Positions 13,340-26,033 of a stretch of 64,000 nt of DNA are shown here, one piece after another. The notes under the pieces were generated by a model. The model was not told where the DNA came from and ran no database searches. It was given only the letters and a program-made list of their open reading frames with translations. The translations under genes were made by a program, and so were the position numbers. Each line of letters begins with the position of its first letter. Positions within the stretch are counted from its first letter, which is position 1. This DNA comes from Mobula birostris (taxonomy: Eukaryota), in NCBI RefSeq assembly GCF_030028105.1, contig NC_092376.1, positions 92,006,230 through 92,070,229 on the forward strand, read 5' to 3'.

Positions 13340-14375
13340 AGATTGGCAGGCAAAATTTCCCCTTAAAGAAATCACCCTGATTTTAGCCTTCTTTGTCATG
13401 TGCCTCTAAGTATGCAGAAATCTCATTGTAATAATGGACTCCCAAAATCTTTCCAACCAATGAAGTTAGGCTAACTGGCCTATAATTTCCTTTCTTCAGT
13501 CTACCTCCCTTGTTAAAGAGTGGAGTGACATTTGCAATTATCCAGTCCTCCTGAATCATTTCAGAACCTGATGATTCTTGAAATATCATTACTAATACTT
13601 CTTTGTACAAATCTTCAGCTACCTTTTTCAGAACCCTGGGGTGTAGTCCATCTGGTCAAGGTGATCTACCTACCTTCACAATGTTCAGATTCCCACGCAC
13701 TTTCTCCGTAATAATAGCATCTACAGTCACTTCTTCTCCGACATTCTTGAATTTCTAGCTTACTTCTACTGTCTTCCACAGTGAAGACTGATACAAAATA
13801 CTTATTAAGTCTGTCTGCCATTTCTTTACCATCTATTGCTACCTCTCCAATGTCTTTTTCCAGTGGTCAAATGCACTCTTAGCTACCAGTGCACTTTTAA
13901 CTGTCTTTTAATTTTTACATATCTGAAAAAAACTTTGGTATCTTCTTTGATATGAAGGTAGCTTGCCTTCATGTTTCATCTTTTCTTTCCTTATGGGTTT
14001 CTGAATTGCATTCTGTTGGTTTTTAAAAGGTTTCCGATCCTCTAACCCCACTATTTTTTGCTACATTATATGCCTTCTCTTTTAATTGCAGGATGAATTC
14101 TATCATATTATGATCATTGACTTCTAAGGGTTCCTTTACCTTAAGGTCCCAAGCCAAATTTGGTTTACTTCACAACACCCAAACCAGAATTCCTTTCTCC
14201 CTAGATGGCTCAACCATAAACTGCTCTAAAAAGGCATCTTGTACAAATACCCTCTCTGAGGTCCCAGCACAAATTTGGTTTTCCCAAACTACTCCTCTTT
14301 GATTATCATCACATTGCCCTTTTTACAATCCCTGTCCATATCCCATTATAATTTATATCCTACTGTTTGGAAGCC
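13340..14375 (-). mobile_element. Older CR1 ORF2 fragment (endonuclease end, tether, RT start)
   Basis: ORF 13383-13610: EDWIIANVTPLFNKGG..GNYRPVSLTS. Confidence 0.85.
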
Positions 14376-14380
14376 TGTCA

Positions 14381-16905
14381 TAGAGTCATAGAAGACTGCA
14401 GCATAGAAACAGGCCCTTTGGCCCATCTAGTCCATGCCAAACCATTAATCTGCCTAGTTCTATTGACCTGCACCTGGACCTGTGCCTTGCATCCATGTAC
14501 CTATCCTAATTTATCTCAAATATTGAAATCAACCCTGAATCCACCACTTGCATTGGCAGCTCATTCCACACTTCCACCATCCTCTGAATGAAGAAATCTC
14601 CTGTCATGTTTCTCTTTGACATTTCACCTTTAACCGATGACCACTAGTTGTAGTCTCACCAACTTCTTTGGAAAAAGCCTGCTTACATTTACCTTATCTA
14701 TTCCCCTCATAATTTTGTATACCTCTATCAAATCCCACCCTCAATCTTCTACATTCTTGGGAATGAAATCCTAACCTGTTCAACATTCCTTATAATTCAT
14801 GTTCTCAAGACCTGGCATAATCAGTCAAAATTGACCAAAACTGCACACAATACTCCAAATTAGGCCTCAGCAACATCTTATACAGCTTCAACATAACATC
14901 CCAACTGTACTCAAGTAGGGACATATTCAATACATTGAATTATGAAAATCAATGTGGTAAAAGCTTTCGTTATGACCATATCTAGTTGTGACACCACTTT
15001 CAAGGAATTATGTACCCCTATTTCCAGATCCCTTTGTTCTGCCACCCTCGTCAGTGCCCTACCCTTGTTGGTCCTTACCCTTTTCCCTAATTACCTTGAA
15101 TTCTCCGCTAGAGCTGCTGCAGTTTCTGCACTGGCATCCCACAGGATCCATGGAAACATATTGTCAAGTCCGAGGGGTTTAGCCACCCTAACTTGCCTCA
15201 AGTCAACAAACAGCTCCTCCTCTGTAATCTGTGTGGGACCCACAATCTTGCTGCTGCTTTGCCTCACACCTGTAGACTCTGTGTCCATCTTCAGAGATGC
15301 AAAAAATTCCATTTAAAATCTCCCTCATCTTATTCAGCTCCACACATAATCACTCAGATTTCCAGAGGACCAATTTTGCCTCTAGCTATCCAGTTGTTCT
15401 TAACATATCTGTAGAATCCCTTAGGATTCCCTTTCACATCTGCTAGAGGAACCTCGTGCTGTCTTTTAGCCTTCATGATTTCTTTCAAGTGTTCTTTTGC
15501 ATTTCTTATTACTCCATAAGCACCACATTTGTTCCAACCTGCCTATACTTGCTATGCACCTCCCTTAGCTTAACCAAGGCTTCAATATCTCTTGAAACCA
15601 AGGTTCCCTAAGCCTGTTATCTTAGGCTTTTATTCTGACAGGTACATACAAAACTCTGTGCTCTCAAACTTTTGAAAGCCTCCCACTTACCAAGTACACC
15701 TTTTCCAAAAAACAAGCTGCCCCAATCTATACTTGCCAGATCCTTTCTGATACCATGAAAACTGACCTTCCTCCAACTTAGAATCTCACCCCAAGGACTT
15801 TGACACTAATAGCATTATAATCACTAGGTGCAAAGTTCTCCCCTACACAGGCTTCTGTCATCTGCCCTGCCTCATTCCCAATAGAATAGTATGGCACTGT
15901 ATCTCATTCGGGCTTCTGTGCAATGATGAAGGAAACTTTCCTGAACACGTTTGACGAACTATTTCCCATCCAACCCTTTTTACATTATGGGAGTCCCAGC
16001 AAAATATTAGAAGTTATAATCACCTACTATCACAACTTTATGTGTCTTCCAAATGTCTGCGACCTCTCTACAGATTTGTCCTGCTAAATCCTGCGGACTT
16101 TTGGATAGCCAATAATATGAACCCATTAACATGGTCATATCTTTCTTATTCCTCAGTTCTACTCATAAAACCTCACTAGTCGAGCTCTCCCATCTGACTA
16201 GACTGAGCACTGCTGTGACATTTTCCCTGACTAGTAACGCCACCCCTCCACCTTTAATCCTGCCCGCTCTGCCATGTCTGTAACAAAGGAACCCCAGAAC
16301 ACTGACCTGCCAATCCTTCCTCTCCAGCAACCAAGTCTCACGAATGGCTACATGTCATAATTCTACATGTTTATGCAAACCCTAGGCTCATTCACCTTTC
16401 TTACAATACTTAGTGCATTGAAATATACGAGGCTCAAAACATTGGTCCCACCATGCTCAGTCCTTTGATTCCAGACCTGTATGTGAGCTTAACAACAACT
16501 TTATCCACTATCGCCTCTGGCGCTCTGTCTCCCATCACCTTGCATCTCAAGTTTAAACTTAGTCTTCCTCCAGTTCAGGTGCAAACCATCCCATCTGTAC
16601 AGGTCCCACCTTCCCTGGAAGAGAGCCCAATGATCAGAAATCTGAAGTCCTCCCTCCTGCACCAACTCCTTAGCCATCTGTTAAACCGTATGATCTTCCT
16701 TCTTCTGACCTCACTAGCATGACTTACAGGTAGCAATCCTGAGATCACAACCCTGCTGGTCCTGTCCTTTAACATAGCACCTAACTCCCTGAACTCACTT
16801 TGCAGGACATCATTACCCAGCCTACCCATGTCATGGACCACAACTTCTTGCTGCTCACCCTTCCACTTAAGAATGTTGTGGACTCGATCTGAGATGTTGC
16901 TGGCC
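14381..16905 (-). mobile_element. Old, internally deleted CR1 (ORF1 esterase remnant, endonuclease, part of RT, 3' UTR)
   Basis: Tail tagagtcatagaagactgcagc. ORF1 remnant SEFRELGAMLKDRTSRVVISGLLPV (16575-16841). Confidence 0.85.
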
Positions 16906-18069
16906 CTGTTGCATGCTGGTGCTGCATTGTCCTATTAGACAGATGACATTTCTGAAAACTTAATAGATTTTATGTCTAGAATAGTGTCAGCTCCAGTCAA
17001 AATGTACTCCTAGCTGGAACCAGAGCGTCCAGTTATCATGTTTGGAGTGCAGTACTTTCATAATTACTATTATGGATGTATTTGAGCATTTATACTGATC
17101 AGAAGAAGTTTCTTGTTCTGTGAAATCTGGCCACTGCCTCAAAGATGCACTTTGATTTGAGAGCATTTAAATGTACTATTGTTTTCAAAGCTAGGTTACA
17201 CCATGGAGTCAAAGATGATCTCAGGTATCTTCCTGGCATCTGCGGGTGAAGGAATACCGAGCCGAGTACTGACAATGGATTATCTGGACATTCCACGGGA
17301 GACTCCTCTGGATGGTATAATATCCTCTACTGTCCGAATTGGAATTAGAACAAGCCACCAGAAGTAGCAGGTCTCCAGTGTAATTGTTCACCTGGGATGA
17401 GGAGGGTGCAGGGTTTAAATGCAAGTAATATTTATACACACTGGAGGTGCATAATTGATTGTTCTCCTCCCAAGCTAGCAAGTGCCATGGTGCATTTGGG
17501 GTCTTAAGCAGACTGTTTTGTAATTTGGCAGACATCATTTCTGAGGTGCTGTTTTTGTGGATATTTGCACTCAGAACGATACATCAAAATAAATGAACTT
17601 TCTAACCTCCATCTTTTTAGTGCATTAAGATATAAAACGAATCTCCACACATTTTCATGATAAGTGTCCATGACTGTGTGGAGGTGAAGTGAAAGTAACT
17701 CGATTCCTTTGCTGCATCTCAACACAGAGACAGGAAAGAAATTCCCGGAGTCACCTCCACAGCCAGAAGCGATGCAGGAACAAGAATAAATTTAAAAACT
17801 TGCATAAGCAAGAAATCTAAAATAACAACAACCATTTCAGGCGGAATCTTTGGGGAACAGAAACAGAATTAAGGTTTCAGGTTGGAGACTATTAGTCATT
17901 GATGCAGGAGCCACCTGTTACTGTAATAAGGAGTCCCAAAGACCTCCAGCTCACACATCACTACCTGGAAAGATCAGCTGAGTCAGAGAGGAGTGCCTCC
18001 TTAGAGCAGGCACTGTGCACTTACAGGGTGCAATCAGGTAGAAGGGAAGGAAAATTGTGGTCATTTTTG

Positions 18070-18173
18070 AACAACATACACAAAAAAACTGGTGGATAAA
18101 CTCAACAAATCAGGCAGCATTTATGAAGGGAAATGAACAGTTGACATTTCAGGCTGATACTCCTCATCAGGAC
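18070..18173 (-). mobile_element. Penelope-like element terminal fragment with decayed hammerhead motif
   Basis: Minus strand gtcCTGATGAggagtatcagcctGAAAtgtcaac. Same family as 18808-19035. Confidence 0.7.
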
Positions 18174-18807
18174 TTTGTATCTGTGGTTATTATTAATCTC
18201 TTTGTGCAGCTTATGCCGAATAACAACAATATGCTAATTATGGATTCTGCTGATGCTTTGCATTCCTCAGTTCTTTACTCTCATCTGATCATGGACAGTC
18301 AGTGGAATATGTTGGAGTGTTTCTGTGGCTGTTGCTGCAAAGCAAAGGTGAATGCATTTGTAAATCTGTGCAGCTTTCACCCTGTGGAGACAACAAACAC
18401 TCATTTTTGTGTTATGCTTGTCCATTTTTCAGATAGTTAAGCCCATCTATATGTGGGCTATCTTGGGTATGTGACATGTGACCAAATGGAGCTAAATTTC
18501 TTTAAATGTGTCATCAGTGAGCAGCACATGCTGACCCAGACCATGATGGACTAGCAACGTAATTGTTAATATAATGTGAACAGCTCCAAGGCATGTAATA
18601 TGAATGTCCTGTAGGGGCATCAATAGTATAATATAATGACTTTACAAGTTTGATTTCATTGGTAGAATCACCAGCCGCTGGGTTGAGATAGCATTTGAAG
18701 GAGAAGGAGAATTTCAATGTTGTTGTTACATTACAAGATGCCAAATATCAATGCTCTCCTTAATTCCTTGCTGTTTTACAGATGACTGTCATTTAGAAGT
18801 TGTTAAA

Positions 18808-19035
18808 TACAGGAGATTCTGCGGAGGCTGGAAATCTAGGGTAACACACAGGAGATGTTGGAGGATCTCAGCAGGTCAGACAGCACCAATGGGAATGAAT
18901 AAACAGTTGACATTCTGGACCGAGATTCTGTCAGGTCCTGATGAAGGGTCTCGGCCCAAAATGTTGACTGTTTATTGATTTCCATAGATGCTTTCTGACC
19001 TGCTGAGATCCTTCAGCATCTTGTGTGTGTTATCC
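18808..19035. mobile_element. Palindromic Penelope-derived element: two head-to-head termini, each with a decayed minimal hammerhead
   Basis: The left arm is the reverse complement of the right arm about a centre near 18935. The right arm has gtcCTGATGAagggtctcggcccAAAAtgttgac. Confidence 0.8.
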
Positions 19036-19349
19036 CGAAGTTGTTGTTGGGAGAAAATCTTGCAAGTGTAGTAAGTGAAGTGGAAGTTTGCAAGAAAGCT
19101 GTACCTTAGGCAAGTATATCAACGTACAGGTCCAGTGTCATGGAGACTTTATTGGTGAAGAAACAGAGTGTAACTGTTAAAAAAGGCTCTTATATCTGTG
19201 GTTATATACGCCCTCCTGTCCGTGAACCAGGTGCAATTCCGAGTGGGATGATAAGACAACAGAATGTATTTATTGCTTAAGTGAAATGATGATTATTTAC
19301 AAATCATGCCAAAGTACTGCTTTGAGTCAAAGAAACTTTATTACGAGCT

Positions 19350-21134
19350 ATGTTGAGCTCACTGAGAACCCCTCCAGTGGGCTTCACAGGGGCACTGGAC
19401 ATCACCGTCATGGGGAACAAGTGCGCGAGGGGCATCCCGCGCTTAAAGGTGATCTCCCTCTCCGTTGTGTTCCTTACAAGCACTCCCATCCGGCGTGCCT
19501 GTACAACCAAGGGCCTCTGCAATTCAGGTCTCACCAGTACCCCAGCCAGTGACCGGGACTCCCCTTCAAGGTCTTCCAGGGCATCTACTAACAGGGCCTC
19601 GCCCGACAGTACTCTGGGGAATCTGGGGTCCCCATCACTAGTGCCACTTCTCCTGGCTATATCACTTTAAGCCTCGCCTGAGTACACTACACCATCCCTC
19701 CTTTGAACTCAGGCTCCAGCCCCCTGTGGCCACCTGCTTCCTCAAACACCGCTCGAAACACTGGGTGTACCGAGAGAGTTTCCAGAAATTCTCCCCCACC
19801 TTCTCCTTACAGGCTCCCAAGAGTCGTCACACAAGAGGGGAGTTAGTCCTCACTAGCAGGGCAGCGCCACCGGTTTCCACCAGGTCCGGACAAACCAGCA
19901 GCAACATCTCAAGGGCTTCTAACACTCCCACATCGCCCTCTGAGAATTCCAGTCTCACTGACAGGTACCCATCATACGGGTAATCACCATCACTTATGCC
20001 CCAAATCTCCAGTGCATTAAATGGGGTTACTGGCAAATGCTTTAGATATTTGTTGTAGAATGACCGGTACAATAAGGTGACCTGCGACCATGTCAAGGAT
20101 GGCTCTTGCAAAGATTCCGACTATCCGTAGGGACACGCTGGAACGGGGTCCTGCCAGTCCATCCAGAATAAGGGCTTGGGCTTGCGGGGGTCCCATGGCT
20201 GATTTCTGGGAACGTGTTCCTCCTGAGACTCCAGTCCGTTCCCTCATTGAGTCTCTCCTAAGTTTCTCGACACCTCTCCTTTCTAAGTGGCCCGGGGGCT
20301 TGCCCTCCGCAGGGCATCTTGTCTCTCACAGTCCCTCTGGAAGTGTCCCTCTTTCCCACAGCTGTAGCACACCCTCGGCAATTCATACTCCTGCTGGAAA
20401 TGCCCCTCTTTCCCACAGTTATAGCACACGCTGCCTACTGCCCCTCTCCTCCCGGGACGCCTCCCACTCCCAACCCATGGTGCGGGCCGTCCCCCGAAGA
20501 GGGTACTCTCCTTGTCCATCCCCTCAAGTGAGGGTCCCTACACCCCTGGGACCCCTTGAGTTTCTCGGTTCTCAACCCAGCTACCACCTCCTGTACCGCT
20601 GAGGATCGTCCCTGGTGGCCCGAGCCCCTTTTCCGGCCCAACGCACTCTCCTCCTCCTCCCTCACCTCTCTAATCAGCTGCCCGAATGATGGAGGGGGCT
20701 CCTTTTATAGGACTGCTGGAGACTCCAAGCCACCTTGTCCTCCTCCAGGGAACCACTAAATATCTGACTCATCCTCAACCTTGCCACCTTGTCAGCCTTC
20801 ACTACCCCTCAGCGTCGCAACCCAGTAAGCATTCTCTCTAGCCGAAAAATGTATTCTGAGAGCTTTTCCCCTCCACCCTGCCGCATGTGGTGAAACTCTG
20901 CTAAAAGCTCCCAGGAATCTCCCGACAATTCCAAACGCTCCCTCCAAAGCTTCCAGGTACTCCACCAGGGAAGCCGAAGGCCATTCCGCCCTCAGCTCCC
21001 GGACTACAACAGCCACCCTTCCCCTCAAACTTTCCACCAATCGCTGTCTCTTTTCCTCATCTGAGCCTGGCCACGCCTCTAACTACTGGGACGCATTCTC
21101 AATCCATGTCTCATGATCGTCCTCCCTTTCCGGG
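19350..21134 (-). mobile_element. Gypsy gag (PNMA-like capsid, two zinc knuckles) and protease region, inverted relative to the adjacent pol
   Basis: MVESLRG..YLEALEGAFG. CYNCGKEGHFQQEY and CYSCGKEGHFQRDC. Protease remnant ARAILD..SQVTLLYRSFY. Confidence 0.88.
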
Positions 21135-24100
21135 GTGGACGTGGCTCCTGGGAAGAAACTATTGGAGAACAGGGGGTGGCTAACCGAGGAGGCCTTTAAT
21201 TTTAAGGACTCCCCTGTGCCGCCGGAATGTAAGAGAAGGCTGGTGGAGAAGATGCTGAAGCTAGGGGATGTCTTTTCTCAGGGCGTGTTTGATGTGGGCT
21301 GTTCCAAGAGCACTCGTCACACTATCCGGGTGACTAATGACACCCCGTTTCGAGAAAGGTCGCGGCGGTTGACCCCAGCAGATGTGGAAGATGTGCGGCA
21401 GTTGAAGGATGCAGGGATTATTGAGGAGTCCCGGAGCCCCATGAATCCCCCATAGTAGTGGATGGGGAGAAAAATGGGAAGGTACTCATGTGCGTGGACT
21501 ATAGGACCCTGAACCGGTGCACTGTCCCTGACCAGTATATGGTCCCGAGGGTTGAAGACACGTTGGTGTATTTGAGTGGTGCCCAGTGGTTTAGTGTCTT
21601 GGATTTGCAGAGTAAATCTGGTATTACCAGATTCTGATCAGTGAGGCCGATAAAGAGAAGACAGCCTTTATCTGCCCCCTGGGATTTTTTCAGTTCGAAC
21701 GAATGCCCCAAGGCATATCGGGGGCCCCAGCCACCTTCCAGCGGCTCATGGAGAGGACAGTGGGGGATATGAAGCTGCTGGAGGTGTTGGTGTATCTGGA
21801 CGACCTGATAGTGTTTGGATCTACGTTGGAGGAACATGAGGAGCGGCTGCTGAAGGTGCTGGGTTGGCTGAAGGAGGAAGGGCTGAAACTTTTCCTGAAT
21901 AAATGCCAGTTCTGTAAGTTGTCGCTCGGCTATGTTGGACACATAATTTTGCGAAATGGAGTGGCCACTGATCCGGCTGATATAGCTGCGGTAACCACCT
22001 GGCAGAGACCCCAGAAGGTGAGCGCCCTGCGCTCGTTTCTGGGGTTCTGTGGGTATTACCGGCGATTCGTGAAAGGATACGCTAAAATGAGTCACCCACT
22101 GAACCAGCTGTTGTGTGGCTATCCGTCTCTGGGGAAGAAAAGGAAGGGAGACCGAGGGCCGGAGGTAGGAGGATACTTGAACCTTACGGAGCCTTTTGGA
22201 TCGAGGGGGGATGCTCAATGTGAGGAGGTGTTCCAATCTCTGAAAAGGGCGCTGCTACAGGCCCCAGTATTGGCTTTTGCCGATCCCCGGAAGCCGTATG
22301 TGCTACACACTGATGCCAGTTGCAAGGGTCTGGGGGCTGTCCAGTACCAGGAACAGGGCAACGGATTGAGGTCGGTGGCATTTGTCAGCTGAAGCTTGTC
22401 GCCATCTGAGAGAAACTATCCCACTCACAAGCTGGAGTTCTTGGCGTTGAAATGGGCGGTGGTGGACAAGTTGAGCGACTATCTACACGGGGCCACGTTT
22501 GAAGTGAGAACAGACAACAACCCTCTCACTTATATCCGGACCTCAGCAAAGCTGGACGCTACTGGGCATCGGTGGTTGGCGGCCTTGTCTACCTACAAGT
22601 TCAGCCTGAAGTACCGGCCGGGGAGTCGGAACATCAATGCAGATGCTTTATCTCGTCGGGCATGGCTGAGGAGTGGAAGAGTGTCCCTGCCCCGGGAGTG
22701 AAGGCCATGTGTCAATTTGCAAGCGACGTGGAAGCAGGAACCCCGATGGGGCCGGATCGGGCAGTGGATCAATTGGGGGCAAATGATGATGCGTTACCCA
22801 CTGTGTACTGTAATTTGACTGCTCTGAGGAACAGGCAGCTGCCGGAGTTGAGTCCCCAGGAAGTGGGGATGCCTCAGCGTGATGACCCGAGCATTGGCAC
22901 TATCTGGTACGCGGTTAGCCGGGGTGATATGGGGCAGGTGGAGAAGGCGAAACATGCCTCCGTTCCTCTACTACTGAAGGAGTGGCCTCGGTTAAAGCTG
23001 AAGAACCACATCTTATACCGGGTCACGTCGCCCCCGGACCACCCCCAACACTGGCAGCTGGTCATGGCTGAGAAGTATCGGAAGACTGTGCTCCAGGCAC
23101 TACATGATGATTTCGGGCACATAGAGGTAGAGAAGACCTATGGATTACTCAAGGACCGGTTTTACTGGCCCCGGATGAGGGGGGAGGTGGAAGAATACTG
23201 TAAGACATGCAGTCGTTGCGTCAGGAGGAAGACCTTGCCTGTGCAGGCGGCCCCGTTATCCCACTTGCAGAGTGCGGGACCCATGGACCTGGTGTGTATG
23301 GATTTCCTGTCTATTGAGCCGGACACCAGCAACACCGCTAATGTCTTGGTCCTCACGGATCACTACACTAGATATGCTCAGGCTTTTCCTACTAAGGATC
23401 AGAAAGCGACTACAGTGGTGAAGGTGTTATGGGAGAAGTACTTTGTTCATTATGGCCTTCCCTGGCGGATCCACAGTGATCAGGGACGGGACTTCGAGAG
23501 CAGGCTTATACATGAATTGCTGGATATGCTTGGGGTTGAGAAATCCAGAACCACCCCCTATCACACGCAGGGTGATCCTCAGCTCGAGAGGTTTAACCGG
23601 ACCCTGTTGGACATGCTCGGGACTCTGGAGATCGGTCAGAAGTGTACGTAGAGTCAGCACATCGCCCATTTGGTTCGCTGTTACAATTGTACTCGCAATG
23701 ACGCTACCGGGTACTCGCCCTACTATCTGATGTTCAGGCGGGAAGCGAGGTTGCCCATTGACCTGTGTTTTGGGACTGAAACTGGTGAATTACCTTCGAA
23801 GCGATGTCTGAAGTATGTGTCCGATATGAGGAGAGAGTTGAAAAGGGCGTACGAGTTGGCTGAGGCAGCAGCCACCAAGCAGAATCAGAGGAATAAGAAG
23901 AGGTATGATCAGAAAGTAAAGTTTGCCCAACTTCTGCTGGGAGACCGGGTCCTTATCCGGAATTTAGGACTACCTGGTAAGCACAAGTTGGCGGACCTTT
24001 GGGCAGCCACCCCCTATGTGGTGGAGAGTCAGATGCCGAATCTCCGTGTTCACCGGGTGAGACCCAAGGATGGGAAGGGGACTGTCAAGGTACTCCATCG

Positions 24101-24717
24101 GAACCACCTGTTGCCTCTGGGTCGAGAGGTAAAGGTAGACCCAGAGCCCGAATGGGGGTTTACAGCTAGTACGAGGACTCTGCGAGGGTGCGGGCCGAGG
24201 GAAGAGCCCACTGTGAAAGAGGCAGGGCCGGTCCCCACCCCGAAAAGGGATATGTCATCGGAAGACGATGATTCGGACGTGTGGCACCTGTTTCCATTCG
24301 CTGATTCCCCGGTGCTGGAAGAAGAGTTAGGGGAGAGGAGTAGGGAGGGTGTTGAGGAGCCGCCTGAAATACAGCCGGCATTGGGGGAAGAGAGGGTGGA
24401 ACCAGAACCCGAGGCAGAGGACTCACAGGTGCCGAGGGGTCCCGGTGAGGGAGAGAGTCCAAAAGATAGGCCCAGGGTGTCACCTGGAGTGTCTGAACCG
24501 GAAGAGTCGACAGAGGAGGTACAGAGGTCTCAGAGAAGTAGGTATCCCCCGGAGAGGTTGACCTATACAGCACCAGGAGAACAGGGTGTGATCTCTACTG
24601 CACTGGGAAGTTATTCACTGCTTTATGCACCTGGGTTGGGCTTTGTGTTTTGCAAGGAGCAATGGTGAACTCTGTTAATGTCATGAGGGCATGACTTTTA
24701 TTTGGTGGGGGAGAGAG
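21135..24717 (+). mobile_element. Gypsy pol (RT, RNase H, integrase) with stops/frameshifts, plus PPT
   Basis: MPQGISGAPATFQR, YLDD, LHTDAS, ERNYPTHKLEFLALKWA, HHCC zinc motif, IHSDQGRDFES, ERFNRTL. PPT ggtgggggagagag at ~24703-24717. Confidence 0.96.
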
Positions 24718-25398
24718 TGTAAGGGGTTTCTTCTTTGAAATGTTAAAATTAAAGTGGCTTCTTTGTTATGTTAATCTTTTATGTTACTGCGTATGAGAAT
24801 TAAAATGGCTTCTTTGTTATGTTAATCTTTTATGTTACTGCGTATATTAATTAAAATGGCTTCTTTGTTATGTTAAATGCTGAAAAGGTCTCTAGCTAGC
24901 ACTTTGCTTGGGTTATAACAGACAGCAGAGTACTATGAACCAATGGGTGTCCATGTTATTCTTTTTTGGGGTGATATGCTGTCTCATATGGCTGGGAACG
25001 AGGGGGTTTTGGAGGGGAGTTGGAGGAGAGACCGTGAGGACGACGGACGTGCGGGAAATGCTCAGGTCAATCACTCCGGTTGGTCCCGAGCTGCGAGTCG
25101 AAGGGGTCAGAATGGACCCGAAGAGGTCCCCAAGCTCCAATGTGTGCACAAAGAAATTGAACTTTGATTAGTCTGGCGCCTTTTCCATTCCTTTTTTGTA
25201 TTGTACTTCTATTAATCTCATAGACTTAGTAATATCTATAAAGTGTAATTGGTAAAACGTACATTATGTGCTGGCTGATGACTGATGTTTGAAGCCGAAT
25301 CAGGTGGCAGTTTTACAGCAACCGATGTAACCGGGAGACAAGGGCGGCGAACGGAGTTTCTCCGAGATAAATATGAGCCAATATAGCTGAGCATTACA
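24718..25398 (+). mobile_element. Gypsy 3' LTR (681 bp) with an internal ~3x tandem repeat
   Basis: Starts TGTAA straight after the PPT and ends TTACA. Repeated atggcttctttgttatgttaa at ~24755-24877. No matching 5' LTR in the window. Confidence 0.88.
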
Positions 25399-26033
25399 CC
25401 TATAACCCTTAATTCCCCTACTATGGAAAAATCTATCCAACCTTGTCTTAGGTATATTTACTAAGGTAGCTTCCACTGCTTCATTGGGCAGAGAATTCCA
25501 CAGATTCACCACTCTTTGGAAAAAACAGTCCCTCCTCATCTCCATCCTAAATCTGCACCCCTGAATTTTGAGGCTATGTTCCTTAGTTCTAGTCTCACCT
25601 ACCAGTGAAACCAACTTTTCTACCTCTATCTTATCTATCCCTTTCATAAATTTATGTTTCTATAAGATCTCCATTCATTCTTCTGAATTCCAGTCCCAGG
25701 CAACTCAATCTCTCCTCATAGTCTAACCCCCTCATCTCTGGAATCAACCTGGTGAACCTCCTCTGCACCACCTCCGAAGCCAGTATATCCTTCCTCAAGT
25801 AAGGAGACCAGAACTGCTCACAGTGCTCCAGATGCGGCCTCACCAGTACCCTGTACAGTTGCAGTATAACCTCCCTGCTCTTAAGTTCTATCCTTCTAGC
25901 AATGAAGGTCAACAATCAATTTGCCTTCTTGATAGGCTGCTGCACCTGCAAACCAACCTTTTGTGATTCGTGCACAAGCACTCCCAAGTCCCTCTGTACA
26001 GGAGCATGCTGCAATTATTTTACCATTTAATAG
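25399..26033 (-). mobile_element. CR1 RT C-terminal fragment, cut at its 3' end by the Gypsy LTR
   Basis: LYRVLVRPHLEHCEQFWSPYLRKD and FFQRVVNLWNSLP. Confidence 0.9.

Noticed and set aside
17275-17330. IPRETPLDG resembling the TNFSF13B C-terminus (a MYO16 neighbour in human)
   Set aside because: Only a few residues match, and the TFFGALKL end and other exons are absent.
18936-18968. An active hammerhead ribozyme
   Set aside because: GAAA is mutated to AAAA and the cleavage triplet is altered. No copy in the window is intact.
20283-21134. Domesticated PNMA/Arc-like gag gene
   Set aside because: It is frameshifted, 5'-truncated and still attached to protease and pol.
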